A stretch of 64,000 bases of DNA from Oikopleura dioica (lineage: Eukaryota; Animalia; Chordata), in contig OU015567.1 of NCBI GenBank assembly GCA_907165135.1, positions 5,828,001-5,892,000 on the forward strand, read 5' to 3'. Every line of letters starts with the position of its first letter. The first letter of the stretch is position 1. This document shows, piece by piece, positions 10,859-35,480 of the stretch. The notes under the pieces are model-generated. The model searched no databases, had not been told where the DNA came from, and saw only the letters and a program-made list of their open reading frames with translations. The position numbers were made by a program, and so were the translations under genes.

Positions 10859-13348
10859 ATGAGAGGAAGTTTCATCGCGTCATTTGTCGCAGCTCAAGAT
10901 TTCACTCCGCAGGACTCGGAATCGCAAGAAAAAAAACTATTGAAATCATGGAAGAGAACTCACATTTTTCGATTCCGGAAAAAAGATAACATGGGAGCAA
11001 TTTCTGACTCAGCAAGGTCGGCTGGCTGGAGGAGATCGTCCGATGATTCAGGTAAGTAGTTTTTACTGCAAATAACTGTATGTTCATTGTACAATCTAAG
11101 TCAATGGCGGAATTTATGCTTTTGATGGAGGGCGTGATGGATTTCGACGCAAATAACTTGATCAACTACGGCTGCTGGTGCCAAATCGATCCGAATTCCG
11201 GCTTATATTCTCAGCGAAAAGGGAAGGGTTTATGATTATATGTTATAATTTATAACGCGCTGGTCTTGTCCAGGGTTGTAAATCACCCCGACCACCCCAC
11301 CTCGAGGGTGGGGTGTTTGTATAGCACCTTGATATTTTTCGAGGTGGGGTGGGGTGGTCACAGAAGCACCTCAGTTTTCCCAGGGTGGGGTGGGGTGGTG
11401 AAGGATGCACCCCGATTTTTTCAGGGTGGGGTGGGGTGGCCTTGGTGGCACCATGGTTTGTGGTGCTCTCTTGTCAGCTCAAATCGAAACCCTTCGACAG
11501 GAAGAGCATTAGACGGTCTGGATCAACAGTGTCGAAACTGGCACCGCTGCTACAAGTGTATCAAAAAGGACTCAGGATAGGTTGAAACCGATTTTGATTC
11601 GATTTTATTGAGAATCATCGGCTATCCTGGAACGGCCGAGTCATGTGATCCTGACAACGTCGAATACATCGCCAACTACATTCCGGAAGAAAACAAGTTC
11701 GTCTGCGACGAGTCGGAGAACACCTCGTGCGAGAATCAAGCGTGCTTGTGTGACGTTGAAGTGGCTCAGCAAATGTTCAACAGCTTCACCACCGTCGACG
11801 ACAGTTTCATCAACGCGAATGGCTTCGATCACGCTGCCTCATGTGTTCCAACGAGCAATGCGGGAAAGAGGGATTTGGAATGTTGCGGGACTTTTCCGCA
11901 CAGATGGACTTACAATACCGACGCGAGGGAGTGCTGCTCGGGAGTTATCAGCGCTCTTGGAACTTGCTCGGACTACAACCCTCCTGATATTACTGTGGAG
12001 CCACCAACTGATCCACCGACTGATCCGCCAACAACAACGACTACTTCAACAACTGCCTCTAATCCCTGTGAAAACGTCACGTGCAGCAACTACGGTACCT
12101 GCTACGTCGATGCCTACAGTCAACCTTACTGTATTTGCGACGATGGCTGGATGGGGTAAGTAAATTTTAAAGTCTGCTTTTGCTACTGCAGATCTGCAGT
12201 CTAAATTTTGAACAGACAGGGGGTCAAAACTGACCCCAGAATGACGTTAATTTTGATTCTAGCGACAACTGTGCCACGCAAGTTTCCAATTATTTTGGAG
12301 CAAAGACGACTTGCACGGAGAATGACGGGCGACGCGACCTTGCAATTCTCCTCGACGTGTCGGGCAAAACCAATCGCAAGACAGATGTTTTCGAGTTTGT
12401 CAAGAAGATCCGCCAGAGCATCGATCTCGCCAGCGTCAAGGTGTCGTTGACGACATTCGCCAATTCCGACGAAGAAGTCATTTTCCCCGCCAAGTTCGTT
12501 TCTGCTGCGGAAATCGACAGCAGCGTTGATGGGTTAAAGTGGGGCGGAGATAAGGTCTCATGAAGTTTTCTTTTTTGAACTTTCTGACTTTATTTTTAGA
12601 CGAAAACAATGCTTGGTCTGAACACCGCGGCGAGAAGTCTTGACACAGATGACGCTATCGCCGATATGATTTTAGTCATTTCTGACGGTTGGGAAAGGTA
12701 AATGGAAAATTGGTCAAGGAGGAATTGAAATTATCTGTCTCGCGTGAGATAAATATGTTTTCGAGTCTCCTCGCCGAAGTAGCTTGATTCAAGCTCCAAA
12801 ATTCCGAGGCTCGAAAACACTTGAATCGAGCTACCGAACGTGATATTTTGTTGAACGTCTCAATTCGACTCCCTTTCTGTTCGTTTTTTCAATTCGTTTT
12901 TTCAGTGGAAACATTGAGGGCGCACTGGGCGCAGCTAGCAAAGCCGCTTCAGCTGGAGTCACAGTTGTGGCCGCAGCCGTGGCGACTCCGTCAACGCGAA
13001 CAAAGACCCAGGACCTGCTCGAGCCAGAGGTCGACTTTCTCGGCTCGCTGACCCAAGACGTCGCGGGCAACGTTTTCCAGCTTCGGCCAGACGCTGTCGA
13101 CGCTGCCGTCTCTTCCTTCATGGAGCTGTTCAATGCCCTTCAGAATTGCCAGATTTCCTCCAACGCGGCCAAAGACGCCGCGCGAGTCTATCTCGCTTCA
13201 AAAGTCGAGATTCCGACAAAGGTTGCGACTCACTCAGTCATCTCCCAGGCGTTTTATTGCATCTTTTTAGGAGGCTTTCAACTTGCAGTCGACCGGAAGC
13301 ATGATCGACTTCTTCGGCTACTTGCCTGACTGGGCGCAGAAATCATAA
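10859..13348 (+). CDS. Secreted PLA2-like domain + Thr/Pro linker + EGF + VWA-like protein
   Basis: INYGCWC, DGLDQQCRNWHRCYKC and ACLCDVEVA (PLA2 fold); CENVTCSNYGTC...CICDDGWMG (EGF); DLAILLDVSG...MILVISDG (VWA). Ends WAQKS* at 13346-13348. Needs a 1-nt frameshift correction near 10930-10945. Confidence 0.75.
11271..11468. repeat. G-rich intronic insertion with GGGGT runs
   Basis: Flanked by a duplicated TCTTGTC (11264-11270, 11469-11475) and absent from the paralogous intron at about 42575-42605. No clean TIR pair. Confidence 0.6.
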
Positions 13349-13538
13349 ACTTCACTTGAAACTACTGTAGACAACACTGTAATTAAGGCCTTTTAGCTTA
13401 TGACGAAGCTTCAAGCCCTGGCCTCTTGATGTTTCTGAAGGATAAAAGCTTGATTTTTTTCTAACAAGAAACTAGATTCTTTGTAAACTTCATTTTTGAT
13501 TGACAAGTTGATTCGAAAAGCGAGTGATTATAACTTAA

Positions 13539-14069
13539 CCGCATGGGACAGATCGGGGGATAGAGGCGCTCGGACAGAAGGTGTATTCCACTGCACTTAA
13601 GAAAACTACTGGTCGGATAAACTTGAAAATTATACCCAATACTAATTTTGGGGTGCAGATTTCAAATCCGCTATCAAAATTTGCATAGCGCTTTTCCTTA
13701 TTGCAGAAAAAATGCCATTTATCTCTGGGGGGTTTCAAAAATTATCTCTTATTTAGATTTTTCGAAAAAGTAAATTCAATATTTGAAGTCAGCGATATCG
13801 AAATCATATAAAACCCCTTTTAGTAGACAAAATTCTTGATATTGGTTCGGTTTCAATGTGCAAACACTCAGCGGGACGGCAATTAGGCCGCATATAATCC
13901 GGTGCAGAGGGCGGTTGGTAACCGATAATTCCTTGAAACTTATCAGACCTGCTCCAATTATATGAAGGAACAACCATTTTAATTTTTATCTAATTTGGAC
14001 AATTCGTTCGGAAGTTATTTAGCTGAAAAGTCCTTAAGTGCAGTGGAATACACCTTCTGTCCCATGCGG
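13539..14069. mobile_element. piggyBac-like MITE (531 bp)
   Basis: TTAA on both sides, 14-bp TIR CCGCATGGGACAGA, and a 30-bp subterminal inverted repeat GGACAGAAGGTGTATTCCACTGCACTTAAG. Confidence 0.85.
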
Positions 14070-15907
14070 TTAACTGGTGCAGAGAACTCGAAGATATGGA
14101 TGCAAAAAGCAGATATCTTATTAGGATCAATTAAAAATAAAACAATCGATATAAATAGTATCTTTCTGCGGGTAACAGTCAAAATATCCTAATTACTGAT
14201 TTCTCCGTCGAAATAGTATTTTGATTCCAAATAATATTTTTGTCTTGAATACTTAATTTCTAAAATGAAAATAGTACATTCATTTTGTCATCTGCAGAAT
14301 AAGAAACAGCTGATTTTTTGCCAGCGTTCCAAGTCGACCCGATCCAGCTTTATTTACATGCAAATAGTCGCAAATAACCGGGATCGAAAAACCGTAAACA
14401 GTATAAAAACCTTTATCTTTGAAGAATGGCTGGTCACGTGACAACATTTGGAGATAGAAAACCTGTCATTTGAGGATTGATTATTTGCGTGTTCTTTTTA
14501 GCCCTTTATCAGCCTTTGTCTAGCAGACAAAAATTGGCTTGAAAAACTTAACTTTGAAAATTAATTAATTCGAATAATTAATTCAGCAAAGCAAGAATAC
14601 GCTTGCTATAATTGCATCGCTCGACACGCAATGGTGATCTTGAATTGGCATATTGCGGGTTCGTACAAGCTCCAGTGCCTCCAGTACCTCGCCTCGTCTG
14701 AGAGACAAGTTCCCTACGTGAGAAATTTCACCAAACATACGACCATGGGAAAAAACATATTATCGTTTACGGAAGCTCGCTAACAACAGCGAGCATCTAC
14801 TGCATAATTGCTACGCCTGAGTGGATCCTAAATGAAATGAATGCTCCTTTCATTTTCTTTTCTTCCAATTTTATTGAAAATATTTTCGAAAAAAAAAGAA
14901 AAAGAGAAAGGTTTTCAAATTAAAAAAAACGACGGTTGAAAATATGTTTGGAAAGAGTAGACATTTTTGGCTTGGAAAACAAAGCTATCGAATCTCGGAC
15001 GGGATCATCTGGTGACAAGGCGTCGTCTCTCAGATTCCCCCGTCTGAGAGAGAGAGTGTGTGTATCGCTCTGTACTCAAAGTCGGTCTCTCCGACGAAAT
15101 CTCGGATGGCAGATCGGGGATCGGTAGCATCGGTTACTCAGATTCCTCTCGTTTTCTGTCGACATCAGCGTTGTATCCTGGCGGCCGGCGGCATCGAGGC
15201 CATTGTCGACCAGACACCAACGAATTCGACGACTTCAATTGGCTAAAAACGATCCAGAGGAACGTTATTTCTTGTTGTCAAAAATCAAAACAAAGTCAGA
15301 AGGAAAACGACCATATGACTAAAGAGAATACGCATTTAACTGCGTACGTGCCAGGAGAGAAACAAACACTCTCGCAAGAAGGTTGAAAAATTAGGGAGGG
15401 AAGGGGTGGAAGAGGAATGGAGCGCGAAAAAACGATGGAGCGAGGAAGAGGAAGAAGATGAAGTTGCGAGGTGCTTTTGGAAGATCTAGAATGCGGATGG
15501 CGAAGGAGTGTTTTGAGGACGAGTGTTTTCAGACGTTGCTGTCTAGATCGAGAAAAACAACCAGCGGACGAGTTCGGTAAGGGGCGCAACGCCACTTGCG
15601 ACCCAACTTGCGGCCAGCAGAAGAGAGAGAAAGAAAGAGGAAGACGATCACAACGGAGAAGCCACTCTTTCCGAAAAGAACACAAATTATCGTCGGATAA
15701 TTTTGCAACTCCCTCCTCCCAGCTGCGTCCTTCTTCCTCGCTGAAAAGTCAAAGTCGCGCATTTCTTGCGCGTGAATCAAGACTGATTAATCCGAAAAGA
15801 GAAGAAGGAAAAATCAAAAAATGGCGATTCTGATAGGAAGGAACTTCGAATAGAGAGTTTTTTTTTGGAAGAGAAAACATCTCCCCCGCTTCGATTTCGA
15901 TTGACAA

Positions 15908-18900
15908 GCTCAAGCCAGTACAGTCAGCGTTACTGGAACAGCAAGATGCACTGCTATGTCCAGGGTACTCGTCGCCGCGTCACGACAATTGTCATAGGTA
16001 TGTACAGTTATAGAGCAATCAAGAGTTAAGGAAACGGACTAAAAACACCAGTACTACGAGAAAAGTTTCATCGTCTTTTAGCTGGGCCCGGGGCATGTTC
16101 AAAAAAGTTTCCTCGACAAAGTTTTTTTCATTTTGTTTTTTTTTTAATTTAATTTTTGCGTGTTTACGAATTTGCTTATTTTTGAGCTCTTAATTTTACG
16201 CTGGGAATTAGTCAAACATCACCGCACTTTTCATCAACAGCAAACATGTGATTTGATGATGTTATATAACCGCCCTTGGCGATTATTGTCCTTTCTCACA
16301 TGATTCAAAAATGACTACTTCCCTCTTAGTAGTAAAGGAATATTCGATCAAAGCAATAAAGAAATTATTGTAATTAGTTCTATTTTCAAAGCGATAACGT
16401 TTTAGTAAGTTGACAAACCGACTTTTCTTCTCCTATTGTTAAGGGTGTCAATGCATTCTACCTTGTCTCAAGGGAATCGATCCTGGCCCCTTTCCAAAAA
16501 TGGAAAATCTACAAAAATGCCTTTTTTGGAATCTTTGGCGTCTGTTTTTTTAAGAAAAAATCAGACAAACTGACTTTTTTTCTTTGTTTTTGAAAAAATC
16601 AACTCTCAAATTTTCGCGATTTTTGGAATTTGGTCGATTTTAGTTCAATTTTCGCGAGTTTTTTTCATTTATCGATGGAAAATTTGACTTTTAGTGTTTG
16701 AAAGTGTTGGATAATGCGGTTAGAAACGGTTCTTGTGGAAGTGGGAAATATTTTTCTCCTTGGCTTGGCTACCTCGCGTGGCTTTTGGCGTGTTTTCCGA
16801 TTCGTAAACAGCAGCGCCGTGGTTGCTACTGCCAACTCTGACCAGTTTTTTTATTTTCCCTTCAAAACTACTATCGCTGCTTTTTCCCAGCTTTTTCCTG
16901 ACGATTAAACGGCTTTTCCAGAGAGAAAGAAATTGAAAGATAAAAAATATTTTGAAAAAAAGAAAAAATAAATTTAAAATTGCGCGGGCGAAAAAAAGAA
17001 AGAAATAATATGCGAAAAAAAGGATGAAAAAAAGAAACAACTTCGGATTTTCAAATTTTTGGTCTTCAGCAGTAAAAGGTAAAAATATTTTTTGCCAAAA
17101 AAAAATTTTTTTCTCGACGGTTATTTTTATGATTATTTTCGAAAAGAAAAACTGGGCGTAAAATCGATTTTCCAGGTCATAATTCAAGGTCAGGGCCTGA
17201 CCGTCTTAGACTGCTGGCCGTCTGGTAGACGAGAAAGCTCGGTAGCTACGGTATTGAAAATTTCAGCGCTACAGTATTTTGAATGGGCTATTTATTTCTT
17301 CGAAAACATCATGAAAAATAACAAAATTCGCGTCTTAAATCCTGGGTGGCCCCTGTCATCCCCATAGATCAACAAGAGAAAGCAACAACACCTTTTTAGG
17401 GTGGGTTCGCGTGACCCCGAGAGAGTTCCAGTCACAGCGCTAGAATGTAGAACTCAGAAGACCCCGCGCGACAAACAATTAGTAGATAAACTTTGAATCC
17501 GTCAGCAGTTTTTTTTTCGACGGAAAAGGACGAAAACGCAAGACATTCTCAAAAACAAGCCAGTTTAAAAAAAGAGCTTCTCGCACCTTTTTTTAATTAA
17601 TTGAAAAAGAGACTCAATTTTTCATCAAAAATGACGAAAAACACCGAAAAAAATTTGAGCTTGAAAGAAATCTTTGTCCAAATTCTCAATGAGAATCTTC
17701 TTCTTCTTTTCCATGGAAGAGAATACAAAAGTGAGTTATTTGATAATGAAAAAAAAAATTAGTGTTCAAGAATTTGGAATCCAAAAAAGGCTGCTTACGA
17801 GCTTGAAAACATCCCCCTCGCGTTGAGCCCGCGCCAACCAAGGGCAGAAGCCTCTTTTTTTTCATCCTTTGGAAATTGTTTTTGGCAATAAAAAAAAATA
17901 GACAAAACAACAAACAATCTGAAAAAAGAAGGGGTCCGTTAGAATTGGCGCCGGAAGTCATGAGGCGTGAAATTCCAAATTTCCAGTAAAGTTTCTCAAT
18001 TAAAGACCCTTTTGCTCAAGTTGAGAATCGATTAGTTTTCGAGCTCGAAAATATCATTTTCGCGCGAGCCACTATTCTAACGATTAAATATTTAAATCGC
18101 TGGCTAGAACTAAACACGCTTAGGATGATCAATCGATCATGGATACTGTAATACTGTAAACTTACTTGTTCCTCAAAAAAAAATTGTAATGACGATTATT
18201 CGATTTTTTTTTTGAAGGGCAATAAAGCTGTCATTGGGACCAATTTATTCTGTTTGCAGGCACTTGAAAGTTACGCGGCGCGCAGCCCTTTTTAGTCCTT
18301 CCAAAGTTGACGATTCAAATTTTAAAGTGGCAATTTTAGTCGGCGGGTGCTTATGGGCAGTCCTGCTCGTTGGTTTCGTGGTGGAGGTGGGCCTGTACGA
18401 GACGATGTGCCAGCACTCGCCGGACATGTTCTCCGTCTCGTGCCAGTTGTCCGGCGACCTGATCTCCTACGTCTGCTACTCGCTCTTCATCTTCACCGCC
18501 ATCGTCGTCGGCATCCAGCTCCTCAAGACTGCGTCAAACACGCCCCCCGCCGCTCGCAACTTCAAGTCCCCGCTCGCGCTCAAAAAGGACAAACTCTGCA
18601 AACAGATCGCCTCCTCTACTGCCCTCGTCAGACTCATCGCATGTCCCCCTTCCCTTGTTTTCCTCCTAACCGCTTTTCAGATTCTGATCATCGCCGCCCT
18701 CGTGCTACTGTACATCGTGCAGAAAACAAAGGAGCTCTTTCCACAGTTGCTAAACGGCTTCGAGCCAGCTGATCATCCCAAACTAGCCATTTTGAATGTC
18801 TTCATGTATGTCCTCAACAATCTCGCACTACTAGGTAAGCAAGTCACTGTTATAGGGGGTTTTAAGCCAATCAGAAGCGAACATTCTATTCAGACAGAAA

Positions 18901-19349
18901 AGACTGCCTTCTGATTGGCTGAAAATCCCCTTTAAATTTCGAAAATGTCCGATTGAAAAAACGAAACTCTTCCTTGATTTCAATTCGTCTTTTTAGGTGT
19001 TATCTTTTTTGCCTCACAAGAACTAACAAAACTCAACCAGTCGATCGTTGACCCGATGGGCACGGCGCGGAAGAAGATGGCGGCCGAGAACGAGAAGGAC
19101 TTGGTGGAGGCGGAGTCGCCCCCGCCCCAGGCGAGCTCCTTCTTTCGCCTGAATCGCCACACGGACCACATCCAGATCATCCGCAGTTCAACGAAACAGA
19201 GTCTGCAGAAGACTCCCGAATCTCATTCCTCTTCAACCTCGGGCATCGGCTCCTGCTCCCCCAGCTCCTCGTCGCCCGGCTCGGGCTCCACGCCGCCACC
19301 GAGCCAGAATAACGCGCCAAGTTCAAAACGCAGCCAACCGCGCGCTTAA
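15908..19349 (+). CDS. Partial 7TM/GPCR-like membrane protein (about TM4-TM7 plus Ser/Pro-rich tail)
   Basis: Exon ...QRYWNSKMHCYVQGTRRRVTTIVI ends at a GTATGT donor (15998) and joins in phase to the acceptor at 18340 (VGGCLWAV...). Four hydrophobic segments follow. The N-terminal exons were not found. Confidence 0.5.
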
Positions 19350-20434
19350 AAATGCGAAACTGCCCAGACACAAATCATCGTACCTGAAAAAATCATTTCG
19401 TATCAACCTTTTTTTTCGAAAAACAGTCATGCAAAATATCTTCTGCAAATATTCCTCGGGCCTGAATTCTTCCTCCCTACTCCATTTTTCTATTTTATTC
19501 GTATTTTCTTTCGTAATTATGTTGATTTACATATTCGTTCATCTTCGTGACATTGACTCGAGTCTCATTTCACAACTTTTTTTCTTTCCTACTTGCACAA
19601 TACTTTAGTACTGTGCTTTTTCAGCCAAATACGAGTCATGTTCAAGTTCAAGGTTCAAAAAATTTTTTTTATAAAAAAGCTATTAAAAAAAGTATAAAAA
19701 GTACCACCCGCTCCCCGTAATGCCCAGCAACATTCTAAGTTCAAAAACATGTTTTTTCCTCCTCGAGGCGAGTTTCGTCGTCGCCTCGGGCTTGAGTCCG
19801 CTTTCTGCTGTATTTTCTTTTTTTCAATACTTATTATGAACTCGTTATCGCCGTTTCTCACGACCCCGAATATTAAAAAAATTCTTAAAAAACCCAAAAT
19901 CTTCTTTTCTCGATTCAAATTTAAGAAAAATCTCATTGAAAAGTATCCTTTTTCATTCTAGCTCTGCTTCTTGAGCCCTCACGAATTCGATTTCAATAGC
20001 TAAAAACTCTTGCTTGCTCAAAAGTTAAACTCGGTGTTCCAAGCTTTCACAACCTGTTTTTTACCTGCTTTTTTGTTCATCGTTTTCCACAATTTCCCAA
20101 TTCTTGCTCCAAAAATGAGCAAATCTAAAAACTCGCATTCAATTGGCAAATCTTTGAACACTGATCCTTCGACCCTAAATCCAGCAAAGTAATTTCTAAG
20201 AGAAAGAAAAGACACCATCATTACTTCTATGTAGATTTCTGTTTTATTCATTTCGAAAAAATACAAAATAAACTCAAAAAATCAACCTCGACTTTCAAAG
20301 TTGACAGGTCATCAATTTAAAACAGGAACGCTTAAATCTGTAATTCGCACAATTTTAAAGTGATTTAAAGCGAGAACTTTCGGCGAGGAATAAAAGCAAC
20401 TTTTGCAGCCACTTTTGCAAACATCGTATTCTTC

Positions 20435-23006
20435 ATGCTCTTTTTCATCTTTTTACTTTCGGTCGTGCAGGTCTTTTCATTCAAGAGCTACCGGTATTAC
20501 GGCTACGAAAACAGCGATGAGTCTCGAAGCGATGATTTCTACCCCTTCATTTACGAGAATGACTATTTTATAAAGAGTTGCGATTTGAGCGAAAAAGGAT
20601 CGGAGCAAGAATTAAGGGAGTAGACATCGTTAAATCGATTCATTTCAGCTCGAGTTTTCTTCAGCAATAGTTTTCGTTGTGACACCCTTATTGTCCCCTC
20701 CGGACATTTGAGACAAAAACAGAAGGTTTAACGATGTCTATCCCCTTAAGAAAGATGCTGTTCGAGAGCTACAACAGTAATGCCAGTCCCGATAGACTGG
20801 TTGAAGGAAAAGGTTTTTCCATCATGTTCTTATTCTTATGCTAACCCAATTTTTATGATAAAGAATCCTAAAAAAGTCCTCCTAGAAGTTCAATTAGACC
20901 AAGGGCCCGCTCAAACAAGTTCAAATAAGGATTTTCTACTGAAATTGGTGTTTAAGGAAGGCGAAACGATAACTGATCCTTTCCGGGCCGGGAACATGGG
21001 GCCTTTCAAACAAGCTCAAACTGGTGCATCTGTTTGAACGCGGCGATAGTGATGGATATGCGCATTAGAGAGGAGACGCTTGTGACGCGGCTAGTAATCC
21101 GGCAATCGTGGATAGACGCGCGCTTCTTTTGGATGGACGACTGCAGATTCAACACCATCGATCGGCTCCACATCGACATTGAGCGAATCTGGCGGCCCGA
21201 CATCGCCGTGCACAACAACGTCGACGGCACCTACATTTCCTCCTCCGTTCCCACCTTCAAGGCGATCGTCTTTTCCAACGGAACGGTGCTCCACTCCCAC
21301 ATCGGCAAATACAGCACTTTCTGCCGCGTCAACGTCGAGAACTTCCCCTACGACGAGCAAGTCTGCAGCATCGACTTCCACCCCTACGTCTACAGCGGCG
21401 AAGATGTCAAACTCAAGACAGCAGAAGTAATGCGCAAGAACTTGAAGCCCAACAGTGAATGGGAGCTGAAACGAGCCACGACGGAATATAAAGGTACTTC
21501 ATTTTAATCAAAAAAGAGGCTCTGAGAAAGTAATTATGTTACTATGTTTCGACCGAATTTTGAAATAAAAGTAGGGATGGAACAAATTCTATTTCGATAT
21601 TCAATCAAAAACTAAGTAGTTTCTTGTGAAATCATATTATATATTCAATATAAATTCCATTAAATTTTATTAAAAAACTCATTCATTCAGAAAAATGGGA
21701 CCCGCTCACCGGCCAAAACGAAACCTTCGTCCGGGCATCATTATACCTCGTCCGCCTGCCTCTTTTCTACACTCTTTACATCACCCTTCCGATTCTGATG
21801 ATCACTTCCATGGTTATTTCCGTCTTCCACCAACCAAACATGGGCGGCGAAAAAATCACGCTCTCGATTTCGGTCCTCCTCGCGCTCACCTTCTTCCTCG
21901 GCCTGGTTTCCTCCATGACTCCAAAAAGCGCCGCCGCGATCCCGCTCATTTCAAAATATCTCATCTTCTCGATGGTGCTGGTCAGCTTATCGGTTGTGTC
22001 GTCTGTTTGCATTGCGAATTTGCATCACCGAACGCCGGAAATTCACGCTATGCCTCGCTGGCTACAGAAGACCTTTTTGGATACCATTCCTACAGTGCTC
22101 TTGATGCAAAGACCTACAGTCTGGGCTCAGAAACCTTTGTAGAAAGCCTGAGTCAGGGTTCTGAAAGAGCTTTGATAAAAGAATTATCGAAAAAGCCTCT
22201 ACTGGGCTTTAATAAATGATTTTTCGGGATCCTGAGTCAGGTTTTCAACGCAGGTTTCCGAGCCCAAAATACAGTCCCGCATCCGATCTTCCCAACTGGT
22301 CATCGTTTCTCTGTTTCATCGGAATACCCTTCAAGCTACAAGTAAATAGTGAATCTTCCCCAAAAAGTATTTCCCCGACCATTTTTTCTAGCACTTATCA
22401 AGAACGAAAAAACTCGGAAAAACCCGAAGATGAAAAAACTGTTTTCACGTTGGATCACATTCCAGTGCTCTCCGGCCGTCTCAGATCAGAAGAATACATT
22501 TCCAAAAAGCTGAAGCCGCGAAAAGTTAAAATAGCGAAACAGGACACCATCTACGGATCTTTCTCGAGTATAAGTTCGGCCACGTCGAGCTTTAACGAGC
22601 GGCGAATTTCCAAGCTTGGGTTTCAAAATTTAAAAAGCGGTCGATTTCGACCTTGAAAGACATTTTTCAGCCCTGAAAAAAAGCGATTGCAACGATACAA
22701 GAGTCAAATTTTGGAAGGACTCGCTCCAGAGATGATTTTTTCGAGCAACAGAGCAGTCAGGATTGTCCTTCAAAGACCTCATTTTCTTCGTTAAATTTTA
22801 CGAAAAAAAAACAATCCGAAACGAGAATGATCGCTGACCAGCAAAAAGTGGCGGACGAGTTGGCTTCGGGCGAGGCGGACTGGATCTTCCTGGCGCTGGT
22901 GATCGATCGCTGTCTGCTGCTTATTTTTATTATGAGTTTCGCGTTTGGAAGCTGCACACTGTTCTACGGCGTCCAAGACGCTAATTACCAGTTGACACTG
23001 ACTTGA
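20435..23006 (+). CDS. Cys-loop ligand-gated ion channel, nAChR-like non-alpha subunit
   Basis: IWRPDI, Cys-loop CRVNVENFPYDEQVC, M2 GEKITLSISVLLALTFFL, HHRTP after M3 and M4 DWIFLALVIDR. No vicinal CC. The N-terminal and M3-M4 exon structure is not fully resolved. Confidence 0.9.
22109..22270. repeat. Derived member of the CCTGAGTCAGG repeat family in the nAChR M3-M4 intron
   Basis: CTGGGCTCAGAAACCTTTGTAGAAAGCCTGAGTCAG matches 61507-61542. The right end matches 34740-34780. Confidence 0.65.
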
Positions 23007-23920
23007 GTGAATATATCAATTTTCTGATTTTGAAAGTTTATTTCCTGATTGTTACAGGTAGGCACTCAGTTCCTAAGAGTTGATATTTTGTTTAATATTT
23101 TACAAGAAAGGTGGGAACTCGCCCGGGGCGCTATTAATTTTGGAGCAAAAGTAGCAGCGGCCCGGGGCGAGCACTTTTGCGTGATCGAAGCTATTTCCAT
23201 TGTGGGTTCGTTGTTGTTTTCAAGGGTTTTTCTATGGTGGATTGGTTCTGGTTTGGGTGGTGTCTTTGCTTTTTGCTTGGAGGTGGAGGAGGTGTGGAAA
23301 TTTTGGTGAGTGCGCTTGCCACGGGCGGAAAGTGAAATAAGAGAACAGAAAAAGTGAACTTTGGGATTCTGGTAGTCTTGACTCTCTCTCAGTAGTCACC
23401 TCGGTCGAGCAGTGCAAATGGCGAGGAACAGTAGCTACTGTACGTGCGGGCGACTCACCTGCCTTGAATTAATGTGGTAATAATTCTAGCAGCAATTTTG
23501 ATTCGGGACTGATCACGTGTGGCTCATGCGGACGGAGCGACCTCAAGTGGCGACGTTTTTTTTTGTTTTTGGAAAATTGCAGTTTCTGAGGAGTTTCGAA
23601 AGCAATGACGGAATCAGCAATGGCAGACGCGAGACAGGGGCAGGATTCATTTTCATCTCGAGCTGTGGCTGCAGTTAGACAACGTCGTCGGTTTCACTTG
23701 CCCCGGGCGAGCTGGCGCGCCGCGATTTTTCCTTCACATCACTAAAATATCCTTCATCAAAAATCTCTACATCAGATGGTCTATACAGTGAATACTTTCA
23801 TCCACGCTCTTGATTGGTCAATCTTATTTCAAGCTTTAATTATTGGCTGAAAAGCTCGATGACCCATCGGCGCGCTAGATGGACATATTCGTTATTATGC
23901 TAAATCAAAGTAGAATGGAC

Positions 23921-35480
<11,560 letters not shown>

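Noticed and set aside
14936-15833. Cluster of GC-richer ORFs on both strands
   Set aside because: No motif, splice-consistent model or TM segments linking them to the 7TM gene. Left unassigned.
16462-16495. B-box-like GGATCGATTCC on the minus strand (tRNA/SINE?)
   Set aside because: No A-box or cloverleaf upstream.
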